Positions 1 to 16,289 are shown, counted from the first letter of the stretch. The stretch is DNA of 64,000 nt from the human T2T-CHM13v2.0 reference genome, Homo sapiens (GCF_009914755.1 NC_060927.1); one strand, 5' to 3'. The notes: generated by a model from the sequence alone, not told the origin. Translations and numbers: made by a program.

Positions 1-55
1 GGATTAGGGCATGGACATCTTTGAGGTGGTAATTCAGCCTACCACATCCTTCTGC

Positions 56-1243
<1,188 letters not shown>

Positions 1244-1264
1244 CAATTTTTATTTTTTAATGGT

Positions 1265-1661
1265 TGTTATGGACTGAATGTATCCCTCTAAAATTCATAT
1301 ATTGAATCTCTAATCCCCAATGTGATGACACTAGGAAGTAAAGCCCTTGGGAGATAATTAGGTTTAGATGAGGACATGAGGATGGGATCCTCATGATGAA
1401 ATTAGTACCCTTATATGAAGAGACCAGATAGCCCTCCCGCCGAGTCCGTATCTCTCCCTGCCATGTAAGGACACAGCAATATGACAGACAAGTCAAGAAG
1501 TCAAGACAGGCAAGTCAGGAAGAGGGTCCTCACCAAGAACCCAATCAGCCAGCCCCTTGGTCTTGGTTTCCCAACCTTCAGAACTGTGAAAAATAAATGT
1601 TTGTTGTTTAAGCTACCCAGTCTGTACTATTTTGTTATAGCAGCCCAAGCTGACGAAGATA
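1265..1661 (+). mobile_element. MaLR solo LTR (MLT1A-like)
   Basis: tgttatggactgaatg...cccaatgtgatg start; aataaatgtttgttgtttaagctacccagtctg...gttatagcagcccaagctgac end. Confidence 0.8.
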
Positions 1662-3225
1662 AATCGCTTGTACCTCTACTTTTTGTTTTCTATATAATTT
1701 AAGAGACTAATACATTTAAAAAAATTATTAACCTAAAAGCTATTCTTGAAACTTTGGTTTGAAACTCCACTGTTTGTTGTCTACATAATTTAAGAGAAGA
1801 ATACGTTATAAAAAACAACTATTACTTTATGTTTTTTGATACACAGTGTATAAAGATGTAATTATATGACATCAATAACTGAAAAGATTAGGGACGGAGC
1901 TGTATAGAGGCAGTTCATGTATGTTACTGAAGTTGAGCTGGTATAAATTCAAATGGGAATGTTATAACTTTTGGGTGTTAAATATAATCCCCATGGTAAC
2001 CACAAAGAAAATAGTTATAGAATATACACAGAAGGAAATGAGAAGGGAATCACATTTTACTACCAAAAAAAAAAAAATCAGTTAAATACAAAAGACAGTA
2101 ATGCAGGAAATGAGGAACAAAAAAGCTACAAGGCATATGAAAAACAAATAGCAAAATGACAGAAGTCTCTCCCTATCAGTAATTACTTTAAAAATAAATG
2201 GCTCAAAATCTTCAGTCAAAAGACAGATATTGGAAAAATGTATTAAAAAGCATGATCCATCTATATGCTGTCTCCAACAGACTCATTTTAGATCCAAAGA
2301 CACAAATAAGCTGAAAGTGAAAGGCTGAAAAAAGATATTTCATGCAAATAGTAATGAAAAGAGAGCAAGGGTGGCTGTAGTGATCAGACAAAATAGACTT
2401 TAAATGAGAAAAGATTACAAAAGACAAAGAAGAGCATTATAAATAAAAGGCTTAATACAATAAGGTATAACTATTATAAATGTTTATGTACCTAATAATA
2501 GTCCATCAAAATAACTGAATCAAAAATGGACAGAATTGAAGAGAGAAATAGACAGTTCCACAGTAATAGTTGGAGACTTTTGTACCCCACTCTCAATGGA
2601 TAGAACAACCAGACAGAAAATAAGTAAGGAAATAGGGGACTTGAAAAATGTAATAAACAAACTAGGTCTAACAGACACACAGAACACTCTACATGACAAC
2701 AGAGTACACATTTTTGGCAAGTGCACATGGGACATTCTCCAGGATAAACCATATATTAGGCCACAAATTAAGTCTAAATAGATTTTAAAAGATATATAAA
2801 GCATCTTCTCAGACCACAATGGTATGAAGTTAGAAATCAGTAACAGGAGGAAAATTGGAAAATTTGCATATTTGTGTAATTAAACAACACGCTCTTAAAC
2901 AACAAATGGATTAAAAAATCACAAGGGAAATTAAAAAATACCTAGAGATGAATGAAAATGAAAACAACATACAGTCTTATGGAATATAGCAAAAAAGAGC
3001 AAAGTGGGAAATTTATAGCTATAAATGTTTACATTAAAAAACAAAGATGTCAAATAAACAACTTTACCACTTATGGAACTACAAAGAGAAGAACAAAGTA
3101 AATGCAAAGCCAGCAGAAGAAGGAAATAAATATTAGAGTAAAGATAAGCAAAATAGACAACAGAGAATAGAGAAAATTAATGAAACTGAAAGTTGATTCT
3201 TTGAAAAAATCAACAAAATCGACAG
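1662..3225 (+). mobile_element. Old L1 (L1M) fragment, inter-ORF region plus ORF2 endonuclease
   Basis: Degenerate ORF2 peptide MKREIDSSTVIVGDFCTPLSMDRTTRQKISKEI (ORF 2536..2781); A-rich sense strand. Confidence 0.9.
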
Positions 3226-6200
3226 ATTTAGGATTGCTGTGTCTTCCTGGTGATTTACCCTTATATAATTGTGTAATGTCTGTCACTAGTAATTTTCTTT
3301 GGTCTGAAGTCTATTTTATGATATTTTACTATGAAGCGTATATGAAATATATTTTACTTTGAAGTGTACATTAAGTGTACTTTATAATATGTTAATATAG
3401 CCACTTCTTTTAACTTACTTCATCTTACATTAATATAGCCACTTTTTCTTTTGATTAATTTTTGCATAGTATGTCTTTTGTCATCTTTTTACTTTCAACC
3501 CACTTATTATATTTGAAGTGGGTTTTTTGTAAATTGAAAACAGTTGGGTCATTTTTAAAATACATTCTTCCAATCTCTTTTAATTGGCATGTGTAGACCA
3601 TTTACATGTAATATAATTATTGATCTATTAAGACTTAAGTCTAGCATTTATTTGTTTTCTGGTATCTCCTGTTTTTGTTTCTGTTTTCTTTTTCTACATT
3701 TCTATGAGTAAATTGAACCTTTTTTAGAATTCCATTTTGATTTATCTATAGTGTGTTTTAGTATCCCATTGGGTAGCTTTTTTATTAGTTGCTTAGGTGT
3801 TATGTTATAATGTAGCACAATCTACTGGTATGGTCATTTTACCAGTTTAAATAAAGTGTAGAGGCCTTACTTCCCTTTGCATGCCTTTACTTACTCTTTC
3901 CCATTTGTAACAATTGTTTTAAATGTTTCCTCTATATGCATTGAAATCCACATAGACAATGATAATTTTTGCTTCAACCATCAAATACAATTCAGAAAAC
4001 TCAAGAGAAAGAAAGTCTATCGTATTTACCCCTATTTTTGCATCTCTCATTGCTCTTTTTTTATTAATGTTCTAAGATTCCTTCTTTTATTATTTTTCTT
4101 CTGCATAGAGAACTTTCTTTAGCCATTCCTTTAGAGTAGACCTGCTTAATGACAAATTCCCTTTGTTTTTCTTTATCTAAGAATGCTTGATTTCCCCTTC
4201 GTTTCTGAAGGATATTTTCAAGAGATATGGAATTTTGGGTTAACAGTTCTTTTCTTTTAGTACTTGAAAAATGTGCCACTTCTTTCAGGCCTCTGTGGTT
4301 TCTGATAAATCTGCTGTCTTTGAATTTTCTTCCTGTAGGTAATGCATTATTTCTCTCTGGCTGCTTTCAATATTTTTTTCTTTAATTTTCAGAAGTTTGA
4401 TTATGATGTGTTTTGGAGTAGATTTCTTTGGGTTTATCTTGTTTGGTGTTCACTTAGCTTCTTGCATCTGTATGTTTCTGTTGTTGCCAAATTTGAGAGA
4501 ATTTCAGCAATTAATTTTTGGAATAGTTTTTCAACTCTATTCTTTTTACCCTTGCCTTAGGAGACTCTGATGACATGCATGTCAGATCTTTTGTTATAGT
4601 TCCACATGTCCCTAAGCTCTATTCATTTTTTTTCCAGTCTGTTTTCTCTCTGTTGTTCATTCAGATTAGGCACATTCAGTTGTTTGGTCTTCAAGTTCAC
4701 TGATTCCTTTGTCCCTTCCATTCTGCTGGTGAGCCCATCTACTGAGCTTTTATTTGTGTTACTTTATTTATCAGTTCTGAAATGTTCATTTGGTGGTTCT
4801 TTATAACTTTCTTTGCTGGGACTTTCTATTTTCTCATTTGATTCAGGTGTGTTCATAATTGCTTGTTGAAGCATTTTTATGCTGTCTGCATAAAATCCTT
4901 GTCAGATAGTTTTGACATTTGGGTCATCATGGTGTTGGTGTATGTTGATAATCTTTTCGCATTCAGTTTGAAATCTTCCTGGTTTTAGGTATGGCTAATG
5001 ATTTTCTATTGAAACCGAGATATTTGGGGATTCTTTTAAGACTGAATTTTACTTAAACCTTATATTTTAGCAGGCCTCCTCTGATATTGCTATGGCAGGT
5101 GAAAGGGGCCACTATCTCTTTACTTCCAGGTGGATATGGAGTCCGGGATCTCCACATGTTCATCACTTATACCTGAGGGGAGAGAGGGTCTCCTTGTTAC
5201 TGCTGGAAGGATGGAAGTACAAGCTCCCCGCTAGCCTTCCACCAGTATCACCCTGACTGTGAGTGGAAAAGCCACCTTGTTACTGTTCCTGTGGGTACAG
5301 CTGCCCAAGCTATAATTGTTCTATTTTTCTAGAAGAAAAATAACATTAATTTTGTCTGCAGCATCCTTTGAAAATGTTAGGATCAACAGGACAGAATCAT
5401 CTGAAAGATGCTTTTGTGATGTCAGTTCTCTAGGTTTCCTGAATAATATAAGGGCTGTTTGTTAGATACAGGCATGTATCCCCACAGGGACTCCGCTGAC
5501 ACCATGGAGAGCACTGAGCAGTGTGGAATTCCTGCCTCTCCATTCGACCTCCTCTGACACTGTTTTATCAAGGAGAGGGAGGTGTACCTCATTCCTGCTA
5601 GTTGGGGGTAGGAGTCCAGACTTGTCCTGTGGGCTGCACTGATACCACCAAGAGGGGGATGGATTGTTCACTAACGCCCAATAGGGCTAGAAGTCCCAGC
5701 TTTCTCCTCAGCTTCCTGTGACACCACCCTGGTAAGGAGGTTTCAATGCCTTATTATTGCCCCTCAAGGGTATAAGTCTAGGCTCTTCGCTAAGCCTTTG
5801 CTGGTGGGACTGCAGTTTTTTCTGTGGTATTGGCTGAAGTAGAATGGTTATTGTCTAAAAGTTTTCTATCTTGGCTAGGTTAACCTTTCCTGGTACTTTA
5901 TCTAGATAGAGGAGTTCAGTCTTTCTTTTCTTCTTTTTTTATTTTTTCCTTCTCTTCCCTCCCTCCCTTCCTTCCTACCTTTTCTGTTTTCCTTTCTTTC
6001 TCTCCTCTCTCTTCTTTCTTTTTCTTTTCTCTGTACTCATTGGCATTTCTGGGTTACCAGTTTTGTTAGCTGCAATTCTGGGGCTTACCGGGCATTTAAA
6101 AAGTCAACAGGACTTACCATTGTCATTCCTTAGGTACTCATGTCCCTAACCTGACTTCTCTTCTTCACTGTTTAGAGTCTTATGTTTCATTCATATATAT

Positions 6201-6274
6201 ATTCCAGAGTTTTTAGTTGTATTTAGAGAGAATCAGGAAAAGTATATTTACTCCACCTTCCCAGAAGTAGAAGA
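3226..6274 (-). mobile_element. Old L1 (L1MC/ME-like) 5' part, ORF2 start through ORF1 to 5' UTR
   Basis: T-rich strand; reverse complement gives aaaatagacttcagaccaaagaaaattact (ORF2 start) and an ORF1-like ENILQKRRGNQAFLDKEKQREF; interrupted at 5290-5481. Confidence 0.78.
5298..5481 (-). repeat. Inverted copy of 6559-6753
   Basis: Reverse complement aligns to 6559-6753; about 89% over the core 140 nt by hand count. Confidence 0.92.
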
Positions 6275-6558
6275 TCAGCATGTGTGGTTTCAAAAATCCC
6301 TCACCTCTGGTGAGATTCTGATCTGTGCTTTCCTAACCCTTCTCTTAAAAATCACTGGACTCTCAAAATGATTTTCTGTGATTTTTCCAAGTTTAGAGTT
6401 TTATTTCTTGTCCGTGTCACGTATGAAATATTTCAGGTCATGGCATGTTTCTACTACTCATTGTTTATAGAATTTGCAGGCAGCAAAACGGCTCATTTTG
6501 GGCACTGCTGTCACTGTTTGCATCCGTGGAATTGATGATTGATATTTCCTCTTCCTCT

Positions 6559-6753
6559 GGATCCATGCCTGTGTCTAACAAATAGTCCTTATATTATTCA
6601 GGAAACCTAGAGAACTGGCATCACAAAAACATCTTCCAGATGATGCTGTCCTGTTGATCCTGAAATTTTAAAGGATGTTGTAGATTAAATTAATGTTCTT
6701 TCTTTCAAAAAAAAAAAAACAAAAACAGGGAACATTTGTAGTTTGGGCAGCTG
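6559..6753 (+). repeat. Probable donor of the inverted copy at 5298-5481
   Basis: ccttatattattcaggaaacctagagaactg is the exact reverse complement of a stretch within 5423-5455. Confidence 0.92.
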
Positions 6754-6872
6754 AAATACTGGCATCTGCCCAACTAGACTAATAACAAATTGCAACTCAA
6801 ACCAATTAATCTCATCTGTAGTTTAATGGAGGGTTTTCTCTTCCCAACTGTCTAGTTAGAAAAGCCGTTTGT

Positions 6873-7284
<412 letters not shown>

Positions 7285-8134
7285 TTATTTATAGAATCTT
7301 GTGTAGTTTGTAACAGGGAACAGTTTTCAGGTTACCATAAAAATGATAGTGCTCAAAAAATATTGGCCAAGAAAATAGAAAACAAAGGGGAGCTTATTGA
7401 TCAAGCTGTTTTCGGTTAAAAAAGACAGTGTGAGATGTCTTTAAAACTGCAAAGACCATGATTTCCTTGCCATCAATACTCACTCTCTAAGTTGGCTTCA
7501 AGAGCACTTAATTAGAACATGAACATGAACCTGTCAAATGATTTAAGAATTTAGCTTTTAGCCCTAGATTTGAAAAACAAGACCTTTAAGAATAAAATGC
7601 ACGCCCTGTAAAAAGTGTCTAGCATTTGTCATTTCCAATTTTCATTAAATGCTCATTTTCAGCCTAAAGTTAGTCCTAAGATAAAGGAACATATTGCATA
7701 AAAATGAGTTCTTAGACAAATGTTAGGCTCAAGATTAATTAATTACCCTGATATTAACACCTGTTCCCTCAATTCTGCAAAAAAGAGAACAGGAAAGATA
7801 AAGGAGGTTAGAGACAGAACCTTGGCAAAGATGGAATTTGACAGATGGTTGAAGAAAAAGGAATTAGGAGAAGAGGCTGAGAGGAAGCAGTCAGTGAGGC
7901 TGAGGAAGCCTGGGCAGTGGGAGTCATGAGGAATCACAGTTCAGGAAGGAGGAAGACGTGGCTATGTGGTCTAGGAGAGAGCTGCTGGCTGGGCCTATAG
8001 ATGACAAGAAATCATTTGTAGTGGTACAAGTACTGGGTCACTTATGCTTGGATTCTAATTTTGCCTCCTAGTGGCTGTGTGACCTTAAACAAGTTACTTT
8101 GCATCTTAATTCTCTGATCAGTAAAATGGTGACT

Positions 8135-8420
8135 TACTCATTCAACATTTATTAAGCATCCTTTGTACCAGGGACTGTCCTAAGTACTTGGAATACATCG
8201 GTGGGGAGAAAAAGACAAAACCCTTTCATAGGGAGACCTTACCATTTACAGTTTCAGGAGGGGATGAAGACAGACAATAAACATAATAAATAAGAAAATA
8301 ATGTAGTGTATTAGGAGGCAATAAGTGGTATGGAAAGAAAAAAAGGTAGAGTAGGTTAAGGGGAGAGCAGGAGGGCCAGGGGTAAATTGCAATTTTAAAT
8401 TCAGAGGTCAAGCCCACATT
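8135..8420 (-). mobile_element. L2 3' end fragment within MIR remnants
   Basis: tcattcaacatttattaagcatc...ccagggactgtcctaagtacttggaatacatcggtg. Confidence 0.7.
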
Positions 8421-8818
8421 TGGTAATAACTACCTCCTGGGATTGTGATGAGAAGGACATGAGAGGCCCCTAAACTGCCAATGCTGGACCAAGTACTTTG
8501 TCAGCCCCTGGTAAGCATTAGCTGTTACTGTTGTTATTACTGTTGTCATTCCTAAAAGAATATTCACTGTGCAGTTCCTTTATCTAGGAGTACTCCAGTT
8601 CACTCATGTTGCTTGATTACCGGCACCTCCTTAGAGCATACATGTTTAAGCCAGTCCAGTCATAGCTGGGCTGCACTTCCCATGGTGCCATGTCACTGCT
8701 TGACGCCCCTGTAAATCCAGAGACCTGGTTACTGGTTTTGCTTCTGCCACCCAGGAGCTGGGCAGCTTTGGGTGAGTTTCCTCATGTATAAAGCAGTGCT
8801 CACCATCCCTGCCTCTCA

Positions 8819-9313
<495 letters not shown>

Positions 9314-9573
9314 TTAGATACAAGAAGGGCTAATTCAGACTCAAAGTCAGGGCTGTACTGAGTGTCTGATCTTCACTCTCTGTCCCTCTCCTGCATAAGG
9401 ACCATTTAGTAGCATCTAAGTGAGAAACTAGCCCTGTTCCCTACTTCCTCCTCCCTTGAAGCCCTGTTGGGGGTTGTGGGAGGGGAAGGCCATTCTCATT
9501 AGGTTTTCTGCAGCTTCCTTTTCAAGAATCATTTCTCTTCCAGCAAGAGAAATGAGCTGTCAGAAACTCTGGC

Positions 9574-9874
9574 TTTTTTTTTTTTTTTTTTTTTTGAGAC
9601 AGTGTCTCACTCCATCGCCCAGGCTGGGGTGCAGTGGCATGATCTCGGCTCACCGCAACCTCCGCCTCCTGGATTCAAGCAATTCCCTGCCTCAGCCTCC
9701 CGAGTAGCTGGGATTACAGGCGCCCACCACCATGCCTGGCTAATTTTTGTATTTTTAGTAGATACAGGGTTTCACAATGTTGGCCAGGCTGTTCTTGAAC
9801 TCCTTACCTCGTGATCCGCCCACCTTGGCCTCCCAAAGTGCTGGGATTACAGGTGTGAGCCAGCGCGCCCAGCC
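9574..9874 (-). mobile_element. AluS
   Basis: Full dimer, TSD aactctggc. Confidence 0.93.
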
Positions 9875-10282
9875 AACTCTGGCATTTTTAAACAGCTGGC
9901 CATTGAGCACAGGTAGCTGCCTAATGAAGTTTATATATCTGTTGCCACGAAGGTGGGTTTAAAGTTGTTATATCTAACTGTTTTTTTTTTTTTTATGTTT
10001 GTTTTGTGAAAACGGAGGATTGAATGTAAGGACTAAAGAGAATCTGTGTTGGGGTGGGGCTGAGGCATGCAGGGAGGATTTGAATCAAGAGCAGGCTTAT
10101 GAGAGATCCCTCTTAGCATAGTGGTCGGAGTACCCTTATAGAAATTTCATGCGAACCAAATCATGTTCTTAGCTCCTACTGAAGTCTGTTTCATTAAGTT
10201 CTGTAAAGACATAAAGGCAGGACAGGACCCTGTCTTTCACACAGTATTTGGGAGAGAGATATATTCGGGAGGAACTTCTTTG

Positions 10283-10390
10283 CAGTGGTTTTCAACACTG
10301 GCCCCACATTAAATTCCTAGAGGTGGGGCCTAGGCATTAGTAACTTTTAAAGTTCAATTCCAAGGTGTAACCAAGTTTGAGAACCAGTGC
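10283..10390. mobile_element. MER5-type hAT DNA transposon remnant
   Basis: cagtggttttcaa...ggtggggcctaggcattag...ccaagtttgagaaccagtg termini. Confidence 0.6.
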
Positions 10391-11072
10391 TTAGTGTAGA
10401 GGACTTAGCGGAGAGTGGCCGTCAGTGTCTTGGTTCTGGCAGATTTTCTCATGAGCCTGTCTCTCCCTCTTCCAACGCCGCAGGTGTACAGAGCTGTGGA
10501 CTGGAAGCTTGAACCATCATCAGTGAGAATCATCTGATGTAGCCTGGATTGTTATTTTCTCTTTTAAGCTGCACAATAGGAATGCCAAGGCTAGTTTCTC
10601 TGCCTTTGAGCTGTATTATGCTTTTAGAATCCCTCCACTTTAGAATTAAAGTACCTGGGAAGGCATAAAAGACAAAGCCATCACTAAACATGTTTCCTTT
10701 TGATCTGTTGCAAATGACAAAAGTGCACATTACAAAAGATCAAAAAGCATGTGAACAACTCTCCTCTGTTTCCAAGACTCATTGTTTTGAAGGCAGGAGG
10801 CTCACAATGAGACTTGGGGAGGTGAAGTGATGCTTTGTTGCTAGAAACTGTGATGTGCAGTGGCCGCTCACCTTTCTGACATGCTTACAGGGCCGCCGGA
10901 TGATTGACTTGATAAACATGTTGCCTCGGGTTTTTTGTTTTGTTTTGTTTTGTTTTATTAAATTCCTGGTAGCTAACCTAAATATCCTGAGGTTGTGATG
11001 CCACCAAAATACATGACAGCTTTGAATGAGCTGTTCTGAAATCTAGGGCCATCACTGTCAAAGTGGACCGAG

Positions 11073-11316
11073 AAACCAAGACTAAATCCTGCCCAAGCAG
11101 CAGTGTGGGGGTGGAGGCAACCTAGCAGGCCCTCCCAGCCAGAGCTGACTGGGAGCAGCCTAGTGTGGATTTCTCCATCTGGTCATGTGTTTTGGTCTTT
11201 CCCTCATAAACACCATCTCTTTTTAGTCGAAAAGCCAATATTTGTTAAGGAGCAGAACACTATTTTTTACCCCAGTTCTTTCTCTCCCTTGTGCCTTACC
11301 CCAGTAGGCTGATGGG
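11073..11316 (+). repeat. Probable donor of the inverted copy at 18507-18751
   Basis: Reverse complement of 18507-18751; 14 substitutions and 1 indel in about 245 nt by hand count. Confidence 0.95.
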
Positions 11317-11388
11317 TAGGTACATCAGCCCACCTCTGAGTGGTACGGTAATGAAGCCAGCCTCACTCACCCCTGCCATCACACACTC

Positions 11389-11687
11389 TTTTTTTTTTTT
11401 TTTTTTGAGACAGAGTCTTGCTCTGTCGCCCAGGCTGGAGTTCAGTGGCACAGTCTCGGCTCACTGCAACCTCCACCTCCAGGTTCAAGCAATTCTCCTG
11501 CCTCAGCCATCCAAGTAGCTGGGATTACAGGCATATGCCACCACGCCTGGCTACTTTTTGTATTTTTAGTAGAGACATGGTTTCACCATGTTGGGCAGGC
11601 TGGTCTCTAACTTCTGACCTCAGGTGATCTGACTGCCTTGGCCTCCCAAAGTGCTGGGATTATAGGCATGAGCCATTGCACCCGGCC
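11389..11687 (-). mobile_element. AluS
   Basis: Full dimer, TSD catcacacact. Confidence 0.93.
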
Positions 11688-13263
11688 CATCACACACTGA
11701 GTAAAGCCAAGGGGTGTACTTGTTGATTTTTCCTGCAAGCCCAGCCGTATGCTTTGCACACAATTGCCTTTTAACCTCACAGCAACCCTCTAAGATGTGT
11801 TTCATTGCTTCTGTTTTCTAGTAGGGAAATGTGGTGTGGCCACAAACTAGTGAGGATGCGAGGACTTGAACCCAAGTCAGATGGCTCCAGGGTCTTTCCT
11901 GAGACCATACTCTCCCAGGCTCTTTCCTGGAGCAAGGAGTGTGAGCCTAAGGAGGCTTCAGTGGGGCACATGGAAGGTGGCTGAGTGCTGTGATTCTTCC
12001 TTCACAGACCAAGTATTATTTTATACCAGGAACAGTAAGGTAGGCCTCCGTGCCTCAGCCTTCTTAGACTTTATCACTGATGAATCGCTGTGTCTCAGGA
12101 GCTGCTGGCCAGACTGGCTTAATTGTTAATTTGTGCAGAGTCATTGAGGTATGGGTGGCAGGTCGCAAAAGATGATGTTTTGAGCCTCACTTGTGTTCTA
12201 AGAGAGCTCAGATTGTGTGTTGGGCTCTGTGGTTGCCTGTGAATGTGCAAAATATTTTTAATGCTAAAAACCAGGTATTACAGAATGTAGAAATGCAGCT
12301 TGGAGGAACAATTCTAGTTGGAATCCCAGATTCGTAAATTTGGTCTCTTGGCAGCTAGATTGCACTTTCTAGAGCTCAGGAAGATATAAAAGTTGACACT
12401 TTTATGTAGATTTATGTGGAGTGTGGCTGAATTGCCAATGCTTTTGTAGCTATAACTTTGAATTGCCTGACTTTTGTATTGAAAACAATGGTGCATTAAC
12501 GTAGGCGTTGGCTTATTTGAAAAGCAGGCCAAAGGAAAAGACTTTTTATTTGACTTCTGTGGTGGTCTCCCTAAGGAGTCTTACCCACAAGCTATCCCAC
12601 AGCTTGTGGGCAGATGTGAGCAACAGGAAGCCCCACCCCACAGACACAGGGTTCCCCCTTGGAGTTGCAGGCAGGGTTCAGTCTGGAATTTGGGTGCTGT
12701 GGGGCAGATTCTCATAGATGATCTTTAAACGTTTAGTTGTTCAACAACTATTTTATGGGAAGGGATGAACTCATGTTGTATCAAGAAAAACTGTATGCAA
12801 CTTCAAAATAGGAAATTTACTACACAAATTTATTATGTAGATTTTCCAAGTCAGACAACTACTTGGAGGCACATTAAATGATTTAAAATTTAGGTAGTAA
12901 AATCAACCACTTATTACCAGTGAATAGCATTATGCACACATAATAGAGTTTCAGAATTTTATCTGCCTGCAACCCCAGACTTGACATGTCTCTCCCCTGG
13001 TTGGTCTCCGAGTTGGTAGAAGGCTTGGTGGTCGCATCATGCAGCATTCCTGTGTGCGCTGCAAGTCATGCTTAACAGAGATAGGGCTACCCCCGATGGA
13101 GAAGGGCAACTCACTTAACCGCCTCCATCTTTCCACTTTTGCTCATTGATGTTTAACATGTTATCAGTATGTATAGAATGGCCCCCAGAGAGTTGTTTGA
13201 TTGATGCTTCTTTAATCAGCCTGTGATTATAGACTCAAACTGAAGAAATCTGAACTCACAGAT

Positions 13264-13492
13264 CGGGGTTTCTCCACCTTGGCGCTATTGATTGACATTT
13301 GGGACTGGGTGATTATTTTGTTCTGGGGACTGTCTTGTTCACTATAGGTTTTTAAAGCAGCATCCCTGGCCTCTATCCACTAGATGCCAGTAGCACACAT
13401 ACAGCATACACACCCCAGTTGTGACAAACAAAAATGTCTCCAGTATTTGCCAGATGGTCTCTGGGGAACAAAATTTTCCCGGTTGAGCACTC
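13264..13492. mobile_element. MER20 hAT-Charlie element
   Basis: gtttctccaccttggcgctattga...agcagcatccctggcctctatccactagatgccagtagc...gttgtgacaaacaaaaatgtctccag. Confidence 0.85.
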
Positions 13493-14334
13493 TTCCTTTA
13501 GAGAAGGGAAGAAAGGACTATTAACATCACCTCTGTGGGTACTGAAACCCCTAGAAGACCCTTGTCTACAGAACTGGGTTTTGAATAGGCACTTCCCAGT
13601 GAAAATATGAAAATAGACTCTTGATTTCTAGCCAGGTGACTAAAATAAAAGCTTTTCAGCAGTTTAATTTCAGAAAGATGGCTTTGATTATTTTGATTGA
13701 GATAAAGCATTAGAAGACTCAAAATAGCTGTTTTTGTTTTGCTTTGTTTTAATGAGAAAATCAGGGAAGGTTCCAGAGGGCTCTATGACTTTCAGGAGAT
13801 GTATTTCTAAGTGGTGTCTGTTCCCAACTGTGTTTATGATCCTTGTGAGACTGAACTCCTGGTGAGCCTTGCGAGTGTCTGTTCTGGCATTTCTTCATGG
13901 AGTGGACATTACTGAAGGTCGGTCGGTGGCTGGGCCCTGTGTGCAGCAGATGGGAATAAAAGGGACAGGAGCACAGTGTCTTCCTCAGGGCACTCCCAGC
14001 CTCCTCTGGGCAGGTGAGTCACGCATTTCAGTACGACGGAACTTATGAGTGCTGTGAATATGCCTGGAAATGAACCCGCCAGTGATTGGAATAATGGTCC
14101 GGAAGCAGTGGTTTTCAAGCTGTACTCTTTTAGCAGTTGAGGTTGCTTTTTCTTCAAATGACATGTGCAGAAATGTAATATAAATAAAATAGATCAGATC
14201 CAAATTTGAAGCCAGGGTGAAAGCAGGGGCCTGTAATTCCCCACCCCTCCCTTTGCCTCAGAGCTGACACTTCCAAAGAGAATGCCCTTTCGTTACAGGT
14301 TTGACTGAAAGTAGGCTAACGCTTGGTTGGATGA

Positions 14335-14676
<342 letters not shown>

Positions 14677-14744
14677 CTTTTTTCACTTTAGGTAAAAGTG
14701 ATTTTCAGAACCATCAACCTAGGTGAAGATAACAATGCTGTTTC

Positions 14745-15084
<340 letters not shown>

Positions 15085-16289
15085 CTAGGAAGCAGATTCA
15101 TCGGCTTAGAGAAAAAAACACATATTTGTATATTTTATATATGTGTGTATATATAAAATATGTTGTATATGTGTTACATATATAATATATATTATGTGTT
15201 ATATATTTACTAAAAGAATTTTGATATTATGAACAACTCAATAGAAAAATTGAGAAAAGAAAATATTGAACCTCTATCCCTTAGATTTAACAATTCTCAT
15301 TATTTTCTCAAAATTATTTCACACACTTTTCTAAACCTCTAGTGGGTAAAGATTTTTTAAAAATAAAAAGATATATCCACAATGACCAAGTCTAGGAATA
15401 TTTTTACCATACTACCTCCACCCCTTACCCACATCCCCTATCCCAGTTCATCTTGGGGACAACAGTGTAATAATTTGAATTTTGTGGTGAAACCTACATG
15501 AAGGAATCAAATTTGATTCAATGTCAGTAGTTCATATCTCTATCTAGTTTATTCTTCCTTCAACAACAATTTTGGGTGCCTCAATGTGCCAGGACCTGAG
15601 CATACTACAATGAGCAAAATGAAATAGACCAAACATAGCTCCTGCCCTGGGTTTTGTTAACAGTGGAAGTTTTTAAATTTCTTGTCTAGAAAACTGAGGA
15701 AAACAAGTTCTGTGCCATGCTAGCTGGAGGGGTAGCTGTGGAGGAAAAGATGATGGATGAGGATGAATTTGGAGGTTTTGGGGAGCAAGCCCATTGGCAG
15801 AGTGCTGGTTAGGTTCTTGAGTTGGTGAAGATCTTTGTGCACGACACCCCTGTAGACATCTGTGAAGCTGGAAGCCAGAGCAGGCTGCGTCGTATGCATG
15901 GCTCAGAAATTATGGCTCTTGTGTTGTGGAAGCTGGCCTAGGTGGACAGCTACAATGTGGGCAAAGCCCTTTGACTGGCTGGTGGTTCACTAGTTGCCTT
16001 GAAGTGGGAAGGTAGAGCCAATAGTCAGAGTTGTGTTATTTTCCCTTTAAAAGAATTGTTTTCTAATAGTTATTACTCTGCTGTTTTTATAAAACAGCAC
16101 AAAAAAGGACTCAGGAGTCTTACATAAGAAAAATAGCCCACTGGGGGCACAGATGTTTACCTGACACCTTGCTTAGTTCCTACCACATACCCAAAGTCCG
16201 GGTTTGAAGCTGTCTCATTTATTCATCTTAAGGAAGACTGAATTGTTTGCACTTTTGGTAAAAGTACGCTTTCTATCAAAAGTTTATTA

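Noticed and set aside
1670-1825. Imperfect tandem duplication (ttttgttttctatataatttaagagac / tttgttgtctacataatttaagagaa)
   Set aside because: As I recall, this repeat is part of the old L1M inter-ORF consensus, so it is not a locus-specific event.
3180-3320. L1 orientation switch resembling twin-priming inversion
   Set aside because: Both sides contain the ORF2 start region and are strongly diverged from each other, which fits two separate old elements better.
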